Made by a program: the position numbers and the translations under genes | Assembly (NCBI GenBank): GCA_012295275.1 | Contig: CM022673.1 | Span: 682,001 to 746,000, forward strand | Length of the DNA stretch: 64,000 bases | From: Chrysomallon squamiferum | Taxonomy: Eukaryota > Animalia > Mollusca | Reading direction: 5' to 3' | Shown here: in pieces, positions 1 to 11,900 of the stretch | Layout: each line of letters opens with the position of its first letter | How positions within the stretch are numbered: the stretch's first letter is position 1 | The notes under the pieces: generated by a model | Told to the model about the DNA's origin: nothing | Database searches by the model: none | What the model saw: the letters and a program-made list of their open reading frames with translations, nothing else

Positions 1-3000
1 TGTGTTAGTAAAAAAAAAATTAAACTAAAATCTGGTCACTATGCAACAAAAGTTTTGCAAATTGTGGAAACAAGAATGAGATCTGACAGAGTACTCTATA
101 CATCAGGTTCCCTGCTAGCAGCCTTTGTGAATTATGTCCATCTGTACTTATGATTTCAGAACAAAAAAATAAATAAAACAAAAATCATGGTTCAGTTCCT
201 TACTGTATATACAGACACAGTACAGCTGGAAGAAAAAATTTGGGTAATACTTCAGAAACAAAAAAAGTGTTTGATCAAAACGTAATCTGCTCATAAGTAT
301 AGAACTATCTATATTAATTATTCACAGATTGATTTATATATTAAATATATATTATTTGGTGGTTATTCTTCAACTACCTCAATGTTAGTGTCTCAATAAT
401 AGATATTGGTGAATAGTGTGTTAACTTCAGTTAGTACCAATTTGTTTTTTTTTTATTTTAGGTTTTAAGAATAGTAATAAAGGTAAAATGCATTTTGGGA
501 ATTCAAATGCACAAATCCTACAAATATTAGTGAAATTTTATATAAAATTAGAAATTACCATTTTTTCTATCAGTATGGTAATGATTATTTGTAAATAAAA
601 TAGATTACAAATAGATTCTAAATGTCTTAGCCACAGTATAGTTGATAAAGATAATAACTAGCTATAATAAACTGTACTGTAGCTATCATATTTATTATCT
701 GTATAAACATTATATTACTTATCAACAAATATCTGCACATTTACATGCAGTAAAGATATATCTAGCTACATTGGAAACTATTTTTCACGTTCTTTTATCG
801 TTTTTTTTTAATTGCAGATATGGTATTCTTAGTCAGTGAGAACTGTAATCTAACACATTTAGAAATTATTAACTGAACCATATTGATGAAAATGTGTGAT
901 TAATATTTTTAACTTATTAACTTTGATTATTGTGTTTATTTTCTATTAATTACAGTAATTTATGTTAGTATATAAATTTGGCCCGTTCTGACATTACTTT
1001 TCAGCAAATAATTTACAAAAACTTTTTTCCATACAGATTTTTTGTCTGTAACAAAATATTTTATTGTATTTTGAATATTTAATAAAGCATTTAATGTTTG
1101 TTAAAAGAATCCTCCTTTTTTTCTTGTAAATTCCATGTTAAATGTAGCATGTCTCATGAAATATTGACTTTCATTGTAAATTGTCAGTTTTTAATTTAAT
1201 GAAAATGTACTTGGCAATTGTTTGTGGTTGTTTTAAGCTTTTAGCAGTTATAGAGAAAACTTTTATCTTTATTAACATTTCAAAATGATTGGCACAAAAT
1301 AGTCAGTCAGGTGCATTTACACTGAAGAATTTATTGTCGTTATTCTTACATGTGATTGTGTAAAATGTACTTACATAACTTGAATGTGGCTGAACTAAAA
1401 CATTTCACCAACAATGTGAGGATCAATATTTTAAGTATAAACAGCTATACACAAAAGAATGTTAGGTAATTTTGTTACATCTTTTAGTATCTATGTATGT
1501 TGTGAGCTTCATTAATCAAATCTTAGTGTATAATATGGTAATAATTTTTTTTTTACCTTTTGTTGGCAGCTGTTATTTTTGAAATCAGTGTAATGCATTT
1601 AGACATATCTTTATAAGATTATTTTTTAAATTTTTATTATATACCATTTTACAGTTGGTAATTACCGTCTTGAAATAATGGAAATCCTAAAATTTATGTC
1701 TGTTTGCTGTTGGTCCCCTAAAATTATTACATTAATGTGCAGAGATGTGATTTGTTGCTGTTGACCAGTATCATTAGATCATAATAATAAATGTCAAAAT
1801 GATTTTTTTCTCTTCATCTCTTTATTTTACAAAACACAAAACTTTTATTTGCAAATAACTTCTGTGTATTTAAAATTAAACTTACATTTGATAATCAGAG
1901 TATTAAAACAAATATATTGTACATTTTGTATGGCTTTTTGTTCCATTTCATTAGAAGGTATGAAGCCAAACTGTCTCTTTTTTTTATATGCATATATATA
2001 TATATTTAGTAATTAATAAGAAAGTTTACCTTTTATTTTTCATTGCTAGATTTTAAAATGTGGATGTCTTCTGGTGTTGTTTTTTTGCATAGTATATAAT
2101 TCTGGTGTTCGTAAATAGGCATTTTAAAATTTTATTTTCTTAAATATGTTTCTTTGTTGGCAATTGCCCATCGCACAAAATTAATAATGCAATGCAAAAG
2201 AACAAATTTTAAAAATTCAGTGTAATTTAACTATTCTGATGAATTTAATATTTTAATGAATTTTTTTAAGTATTAAACATTCTAATGTAGTAAGTATTGA
2301 AACAAGATGCACATTTGTCAAAAAAAAAAAATATATATATACATATACATATATTGTAGATTTTTCAGACATTAGTTTACACTGATTTCATAATTTCCAG
2401 TTTTTGTTCATTAGGATGCATTATATATGTACACTGAACAGCTTTATTTTGCATGCATGTTTTTTTATCAGTTTTTTTTAAATGTTGCAAAATGTATTCA
2501 AGCTGGGAGACATTGTTTATTTTGTGTGTGTGATTTTTTAAAACTAGTGTTTTAGATGATCTCTGACTTAAAAAGATGAGTTGCTAAAGAATATTCAGTT
2601 TTAATAATTATCAAAAACTAAAAACAGATGGCATTCAGTTCAGATTAAACTTTTTTCATTTAAAAAAAAACAAATAAAAACAATATTTAATTTTCTTTAA
2701 ATAAATTTAAAAATTGTTTTGCTTTATTTTGCAGAAATATAATCTTACAAATTAGGAATTAAATTGAAATGAGAAATTAACAATGCTCATTATTGGGGGT
2801 GGGTTTCTACAATATATATTAAAAAAAAGATGTGTTGTTGAAAATATGTTAATAAAAGGTAAATAAAATAATACTTGAAGATCATTTTAATGATGAAAAA
2901 TAACACAGTATATTATTTTCTGCATGTCTGTTCTGTGTTAACATTACTTTTTTAAAGTGTACCTGTGGTGATATAAAGTTTATAAAAAAAACAAGTTTGA

Positions 3001-3960
3001 TACTTTCAAATTGTTATTTTATATCTTAGGATGATCTTCTAGTATCAACATACAGGAAAATATTACTGTTAAAAAAACATTTTACCATGTTGCAACTACA
3101 GTTGTGATGTCACTGCAATGTCAGAGCAAATGTATTTGTCCAGAAAGAGATGATGTCTCAGTTCGAGTAACATGGCGAAAGCCTGATCTTTTTAACTTGT
3201 GCTTTTTTTGTTCTTATATTTTGTTAGTGACAGTGACTGAACAACATATTATAAACTAGGAACAAGTATATATATATATAGAAACATTTTTTTATCTTCA
3301 TAGGTATACTTTAAACATAACAAGTGTAATATTGGCTATCAGTGATTTGTATCAAGACTGTTATTTTTAAATTTGCTGCACTACGTTTTAGAATCTCAAA
3401 TATATTGGTTTTGTTTCTCTTTTATAACTTTTTTTATTTTATTCTAAAGTGTTATGTGTAGTACTGGATTAAAATTATATAATGACATCTAACTCATATA
3501 TACAAGTTAAATAAATAATTTTGAATACCAGCATATTGTTTTGTTATTGTTTTGTATTATTCTTATTATTTACAGGCAAAAAAAAGTTAAACAAAAGGAA
3601 AAAAACTGAAAAGCAGCCAGTCCTTCTAATTTATGTGTGTGTACTGGAATCTGTAAACTGTAATTCATATAAAATGACATGATCCCATTAAGATTAACAT
3701 ACAGAAAAACAAATTCAGGAAACTAATGTGATGAGAATTAAATGTACTTCATTTGAATTTCATGTTACTGATAGGTAAGGTTGATATTTGTTTATTTATT
3801 TGTTAAAGGGTTGAAAATGCTTAATATGAATTATGTTGAGTTAGGTATCAAAACTTTGAAAACAAAATATTTATTTGAAAATACAAAACAATTTAACAAA
3901 TACATGTTTAAACAACAAAAAATAACAAACTAAATTACTAAAAATAAAGTTTAATAAAAA
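1..3960 (+). other. Probable long 3' UTR / 3' end of an upstream gene that begins outside the window
   Basis: T-rich, CpG-poor sequence with no spliceable coding exons found and several AATAAA signals (e.g. 1081, 2851, ~3953). Composition resembles the two 3' UTRs downstream. Inference only. Confidence 0.35.
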
Positions 3961-4539
3961 TGAACAATATATTACTTTCTGAAATTTTTTGATAGTAGAA
4001 ACATTAATATTATGGTAATTAGTTGTTTATTAAGTGTTAGGATAGTCTTGTAATGCAAATGTTACAATTGTTCTATTTCCCGTTTCTGCACAAGCTCTAG
4101 CAAACTGACCAAGTTGTATGACTAGTTTGTGACTTGTCAGTATTCCTAAGTGTAAGACGTATTCAAACCCTGAATCATGAATGTAATGTCCTTGTTTCTT
4201 TGAACTGAACTGAGCTGAATTTATTTAGTAAAATAATATACATGATTCAAAAGAATATTTGATTATAATACATCATTACAATTTACATGACGATGATAAA
4301 TACTTAAAATAGCAAATAAATGAAATATTGAAATAACAATTTAACGTTAGAAAATCACCAAGAATAACATTAACAGTATTAACACATAAATGCACAGTTA
4401 TCAGTGTCACCTATAAAAATGTCAGTAGACAATACTATTTAAAACATAAATGAAAATAACTAAACTTTAGGGAAATCATACATTAAATACACTGGCATTC
4501 CTTTACTAAAAATAGAGTAAATCAATGAGTCGATTGTCA

Positions 4540-4699
4540 AAAGCCTACTCATTACCCGCCAATGTCATGAGTTCTTTTTCTTCAAACGTCTTGTGATTGG
4601 TTAATCTTTTGAGTTCCGGTTTTGATAATCCAATGTAATTTCTTCTTTCATATGTATAATTCTTTCCACCATATTTCCTCGTGCTTTGACGAAGAATAT
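4540..4699 (+). promoter_or_regulatory. NAP1L promoter and non-coding first exon (CCAAT boxes, TCT/5'TOP-type initiator)
   Basis: Local CpG enrichment. CCAAT at 4559 and reverse ATTGG at 4596. TTCTTTCC at 4660-4667 matches the TCT initiator YYC(+1)TTTYY. Donor AT|GTAAGT after 4699 can join the acceptor TTTGCAG| at 5967, just upstream of the ATG. Confidence 0.6.
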
Positions 4700-5980
4700 G
4701 TAAGTATATCTATTTAGCAAGATTTATTATTTTGTTGATCAAGTGATCGAAATACTAACAATTTTATAGTTTTTAACAATTTTTTTTGTTGTTCTTTACA
4801 TTTATTACACTATAGTAGTTAATCGGATGTTATCTCACCAAAGTAAATAAAAAAATTTATCATAAATTTTCAGCCATTTTGCTGCAAAAAATTGTTCGAT
4901 GTTCACAATTTTTAAAGGAATCGATTTATAGTATAAACTAAGTATTAAATTATAGTAATGATATTCGAAATATTAAATACACGGCATTAACATTTATGCA
5001 TAAAACTACTTTTATGAATTAATATTACTAGAAAAAAATAATAATACCTTCGCCTCCTTTCTCAGTAATTTACTAATTAATTAACTAATCATGTCTAAAA
5101 ATATATATTTATTTGAATATTATAACTTGAAATTGGTATGATATGATTTTGCCACGGTAAACAAATGTTAGATGGATAATGAACAAGTCGGAAATCAGAT
5201 TACAAAATTATAAAATTAATAGATTATATGTTACTTTAAAAAAAAAAAAAAATAAATAAAATAAAATAAATAAATAAATAATAATAATAATAATAATAAA
5301 ACCTTGGCCAGTATTTTTTATGGATAGTTATAACCCTGTCTGTAAATTATTCTATTATTTGTATTCACCCACTCATTTATTCAGTTATTCTTTGTCCAGA
5401 AAGTTATATGGTAAGGTATATCTTAAATAAAACTGTAAATGTCACACACGGTCACAGTCACAAACACACTACACACACACACACATATATATAATCTTCA
5501 TTAAATTTTCAGTGGATCTGATGAATGATATTTAATTCGGGTTTTTAAATCAATTTCTTGAATTTGTTCATACAGTCTAAGCTAAATCAGCCTGCCTCAG
5601 TCTATATAATTCATCTGTACCAACCATATATGTTTCTGTTGCTATTAATATTCATATATGTGTAAAATATTACAATAAAAAAGAATATTCTGATGTTTTT
5701 TAAGTACTTTGTTTTTATTATTATTATTTTTAAATAGTTTCTTATAAACATGTATTATACAGCCCAAACTGTAAAACCAAAGTACTACAAATTTTATAGC
5801 TATCCATATATTCATATATTATTACATTACAACAGACAGTAATAATAAACAAATGAGAAAGCATTTGTTCACACAAAGGAATCAAACTAGAAAGTAAGCT
5901 ATATATTAGAGGTTTGTTTTTCCATAGTAAAGGTTTGAAAATCTTTAAAATATCTCTTTGTTTGCAGATATTGGAATAAA

Positions 5981-8900
5981 ATGTCGGAACCAGAAAGGTA
6001 AATAATAACAGATAATAAAAAATAAATTTTGTACATGAATATATTTATTAATTGTTAATTTGTATTAATGTTTTCATTAAAAGTCAGCATTTTATCTTTT
6101 TAACAGGATTTTTGAATTATAAGAAAATTACAATTCAGCCGACGTGTTAAAAGATTGTTTTAAATTTTCAGCATTCCAACAAATATTGCTGTATAAATTT
6201 GCCTTTTTCATTTAAACATTTTTGTTTTTTTAAATAACAGTGCTACAATTCAACCAAATGAAAAATAATTTTTAAGAGATAATGTTTAAAAATTTGAGTC
6301 TTTTTTTAATGTTTTTTTTTGTTTTGTTTTTTTATTCTTCTCAAAAACAACCATAGAGTAATTTTTAATTTTCATTTCACAGCAAAATTGAATCTGAGGA
6401 AGTTGAAGAAATGAAAGATGAAGAAGAGCATGATCAAGAGGAAGAGATAGAGGCTGGTGAGCTATCATATTTGAATATCTTAATTATTAATGTCAAACTA
6501 CAGTTTTCATGTCTCACAGCATAAAACAAATGAACACTATACCACATCAGGCACTACTGTTAACAAATGACAATACAGGCCTTGAATTTTAATTCTTTTT
6601 TTTTTTTTCTGTGCTCAGTAAATGTTGCTTTGGGGTTAATCAGAAATGTTACAGAATTAAGTCATCTTAAGTTTTCACAAAGCATTCAGGCTGCTATCTG
6701 AATCACTCATTTTTTTAAAAATTATATGAAAGCTTTACATGTTTAATGGCTGTTGAGCTAAGCCCCTTTTCTTTTTTTTTTTTACTTCTGTCTTCCCATG
6801 GCATTTCTAGTTTAAGGTGTATTTATGTGCCCATAATGCTGCCTCATGTAGTTGACAGTTGTTCTATTGACATGTCAAAAAAAAAAAAAAATAATAATAA
6901 TAAAAATAAAAATACAGGAAATACACATTTTATATGATTTTAAATTGGCATGAACAGTGAATAACTGGGAAGGGCTCAGAAGCAAACAAGATAAGACAAT
7001 CACAGGCTTTTATAATCATGGGTATATCCAAATTTTGATGCATTAAGAAACTTTGGTTGTTGACAAATTACATAGTTTTGATTAATTACTGGCAGTAATA
7101 CACCTATGAGCTGTGGCAGCCTGAATAACTTCCCAGTCATATTTGATTAAACTCAAGATAGCACTTGCTATTCCTTAAAAATATGTTAAAATTAGAAGTC
7201 CATGTTTGTTATGAGATAATAAGCAGAAATGTAATTAAATTACTGTTTCATTATACTTCAAATTATTGAAAAATAAATAGAATGTAGGCCATAGTCTTTG
7301 AAGTGGAAAATTATAAATTTTGCACTTGTTTCCATGGCACTGCTAATTATAGTTATAAAAAATGTATATTATTGAACATCTATCATTATTTGTTATTTAA
7401 AAAAAAAACAGTATATATTTTCTGCTTGACGTAAATACTAGATATATTATGAATTCAGATAACTAAATTTATCTCACCTAGTATATAACTTCATGTTTCT
7501 TTTATTACAGAGCAAGAGGGTGTTGGAGAAATTGCCAAAGTGATGCAAAATCCACAGCTGCTATCAGCAATTCAGGACAAGCTGTCAAACATGGTAGGGA
7601 CACCATCTGGATATGTGCAAAGGTAAGATCATTGATTATTGGCTGTTGAACAATAGAGAGTATTAGTTGCATGGGACACGTTACATTGTATAAATGCAAC
7701 TCAGTTTTGTTTCTTCGTCAGTACTTTAAACCACCTGAGGAGCAGAATGGATGCAGTGAACAGGTAAATGATTTAAATTTGTGGCTGCCTTGAATTGATA
7801 AAACTTTCAGAAATAAGAATCTGAATTTTTTTAAAGAAAAACAGTCAACAAATGTATTTATGGGAGAAAGGAGTATGTTAAAAATACTGTTGCAAAGCCC
7901 TTCTTAACTCTTGTGATTTATACTGTTTGTAATGTTTTAAGCCAGGAAATTTTTGTCTAATTGTTTTTCAGTTTTTACTTTTAAATTTGATTTATAAGTG
8001 GTCAGAAAAATTAGATTTGAATCCTATTTAGCTGTTTGTTTTTATCTGTAAGATTTCATTAATGAACTAGGTAACATCAGAAAATATGTAGTGAATCTTT
8101 GATTTTTCAGTCTTCCGAAAGTTGTCAAAAGACGAATAAAGGCAATGAAGAAACTGCAGTTTGATATTGTGAACGTTGAATCAGAATTTTATAAGGAAGT
8201 CCATATTCTGGAGTGTAAATATGCCGCCAAGTATGCATCAATGTTTGCCAAGGTATGGAAATTACATATTTTAATATACTGGTGCAAAGGTTTGTCATAA
8301 ATTGTTAGGAAAAGGAAGCTTTTGATTGGAGCAAAACTAGAAAGAATTAATGAACAGAAATATTTGTTAGAGCAAGTTTTTTTTTATTTTCATTATTTTT
8401 TATATATATATATATATATATAATTATGGCACAGTGTATAAAATTAAATTAAAAAATAAATAAAATAAATCTGTTTGTAATCTTTGTTATAACTAAGTAT
8501 TACTAAAAAGATGTGATAATTTTCAGAGGAAGGAAATTCTGATTGGTGATGTTGAACCAACAGATGAGGAAGCTGATTGGCCTAGTGATGATGAGGATAA
8601 AGCTGATGAATTACCTGTAAGTTTAAATAATTTGTTCTCACAAAATTAACATATATGTTATGTTACTGATAGCAAAAATCATATAAATATTGAAAATCAT
8701 TTTTATAGAAAATCAAGATTACTAAAATTATTAAAAATAATCACATTTATTGGAATGTATTTATCCAGATTTGAAATAGTCAGTGTTGAAGATGTTTAAT
8801 AAGAATTACTGTATTAATTATGTACTTGTTATTCCTTGTCGAGGAGGATCTGAAGCAGAAAGCAGTTTTGGAGGACAAAAGTGAAGAGGAAAAGAAGAAG

Positions 8901-11900
8901 GAGAAGGAGGATAAAGATAAAGAAGATAGTGAGTAATGATATCTAGTTTCTTGTTATTGGTTTGATGCAGAGCTTTGAAAAAATGGATGACTGCTCATTG
9001 CATTGTAAATGAAGTGATTTTTTGAGCTAACGCTTAGTTTTGTTTTATTGATATTTATTGTATAGTTTAAAAGCCATTCAGTATTAATCTTGGGATTTAA
9101 AAAGAAAAAATTGGTGTGTGTGTTTGATGATACTTGTGACAAGATGTTTTATACAGTAAATATTGTAATGGTATAAGAACTAAAATTTTAATAACATTTC
9201 TGATGTTAAAAGAAAATTATGCAGTTTCCAATACTGCTTTCAATTCTGCGTATTTTCAGTTAGTGTTTGCAACTCTGTTAACCAAGTTTAATTGAATTCT
9301 GCTGCTTGTGAATGGGAATTGTATATTGACTTCAAGTGTGGGAACACCTGTGCCCAACATCAATATCTAGTTAATGTATAGGTATTGTTGATTCAGATGT
9401 TTGTGAAATAGAATTATTTTGTAATTTTTCTTTTTCAGATGATATTAAAGGAATTCCACATTTCTGGTTAACTGTTTTTAAGAATGTAGATATGCTTTCA
9501 GAAATGGTCCAGGTAAAAAAAAAAAAATATATATATTTATATAAATATATACATTTTGTTTTATTATTTTTATAAATGCTTTCCAATAAAATTTGATATT
9601 AAGTTTGCACAAACTTTTCAGAAATGCAGGAGAAATTGTAAGAGTTTCTACTTGCATTAACAAAAATTGAAACGATATCGATCTGTCAACTGTTAATTGC
9701 TGAAAAGAACTTGTATTTATTTATTTGCTCTAAAGTATTGTTTAATTTTAAGAAATATCAATATTAATTTTGTATTGTTTAATATTAAGAAATATCAATA
9801 TTAATTACGGTAATCTCGTTTTAGGACCATGATGAGCCCATTTTACAGCATCTCCAAGATATTCAGGTTAAATTCTGGGAAAATGATCCTATTGTAAGTA
9901 TAAAAAATTAGTTACAGTTGTTTTTTTCAAAAATATTACTGTATTCTGCCATCATTTTTGCTACATCATGAAATACATTTAAAACAGAGTAGCTAATACA
10001 GATCTGTACCTTAAACTCTTAATATCAAAACATGCCAAGATATTAAAATGATTGATTTCTATATTTAATTTAAAAATAATAATATACATTTTTTATTTTA
10101 TAACAATTTTTCCTTTTTAAAAAAAAAAAAAGTGATCTGTTATTGTGAATGTTATTGTTTCAGGGTTTTACACTGGAATTTTACTTCTCACCAAATGAGT
10201 ATTTCACAGAAACTGTGTTAACAAAGCAGTACACAATGCGTTTTGAACCTGACCCAGCTGATCCACTTTCTTATGAAGGTCCAGAGATTATTAAATGCAA
10301 AGGGTATGTATTAGTAATTGTTATGTGGAAGAAACGACTATTTCAAAATTACCTAATTACTTGATTTTTATCTTTATTTTATCTGAAATTTGTGTTGATT
10401 GCTGATTTTTAAAAAATACTTCAAAATTGAAAATTATGCATAAATTTAAAACAAAGCATAGACAAAAACAGCTAAACATATCATTGATATAGCTTGAGCA
10501 CTATGATATCCATTTTTGCTTAGGCGGAATTAACATAATTTAAATTGTGAACTGATTTATTAATTTGTTTATATGAGGGACAATTAACAGCTGAAGTAAT
10601 TGTGTTAAATTCATCAATTTCATTCTAAAAGTAAAGTATGCTACTTTCAATCAACAGTTGTCCTATTACCTGGAACAAAGGAAAAAATATAACAATACGA
10701 GTTGTGAAGAAGAAGCAGAAACACAAGGGCCGTGGAACAACACGGACTGTCACAAAAACTATTCAGAATGACTCGTTTTTCAACTTTTTCAGTCCGCCCA
10801 TAGGTTAGTTTAGTCAGCTCAAACTACGTATTATAATATAGATGAACAATGTTTCAGCTGAAGTGAATGTAAACTAATTTGTGATGAGCCAATGCAGCTG
10901 AATGTTCTTTTCATTCAGCTAATAATCAGTCTGCATCTGCTTGGATGGACTGGAAGAAAAACAAAATGCTTATTTATGAAACTTTACCGATTCTTTTATC
11001 AGCTACCACTTCTGTTCAGAGCAACATGTTGTTTGTTTTTTGTTATTTAACTAATAAAAAAAGTTATAATATTTTTGTTTTTTAAAATAACTCAAATCTG
11101 TGTAATTTCTGTATGGTACTTTACTGGGTTTAAACATTCTGAAATTTTTTTATATTGAGCAAGAAAATAATCCAAAAAATTCTATGTTTTTCAGTACCAG
11201 AGGGAGAAGAAGGAGATATGGTAAGTAAATAATTAAAATTAAAATTCTAGATTTATTTTCATTAAAACAAATTTGTTAAAAATTGATATAAAATAAATTA
11301 CCATTGTTTTCAAGATCATCATTTTGTAGCCTGAAAATATAACATTTTATAAGATTAGGAAAAATACCTGAACAAACAATAAACTGTTGGGTTATTTGTT
11401 GAGTAATCTGAAATGTAGACTGTTTTAATCTGTGTTTTAGGACGAGGATCTGGAGGCCTTATTAGCAGCAGATTTTGAAATTGGACATTTTATCAGAGAG
11501 AGAATTGTCCCTAAAGCAGTTTTATACTTCACTGGAGAAGCCCTGGATCATGATGAGGTAATCATTTATCCAAGAATAATTATAAGAAAAAAGATAACAA
11601 GAAAATAAGGTTTTTTTTAATGCAGTGCTTTGTAAATGTTAGTGGCAATGTTAAAAATATAGTTAATAAGTGTATTTAATTTTTGTTTTAAATTTGTTGT
11701 CTTTTGTGGTTTTAATAATATAGGAAGAATTGATAAACAGTTTGCTTAAAATAAGTGACATGCTCACTTTCTATAGAAATAACTTTTTCAAATGTTATTA
11801 GATCTTATGGCATCCACAGTTACTTCTTCATATGAATGACTTTTTAGTAGAAGACTGTTAAAGCAGTGTTTCTTAATCTAACGAATCTGTTTAATTTTAA

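Noticed and set aside
6684-7137. Interleaved complementary pairs in NAP1 intron (6684-6694/7116-7126 and 6964-6972/7129-7137), pseudoknot-like
   Set aside because: 9-11-bp matches within 1 kb are plausible by chance, and there is no conservation evidence.
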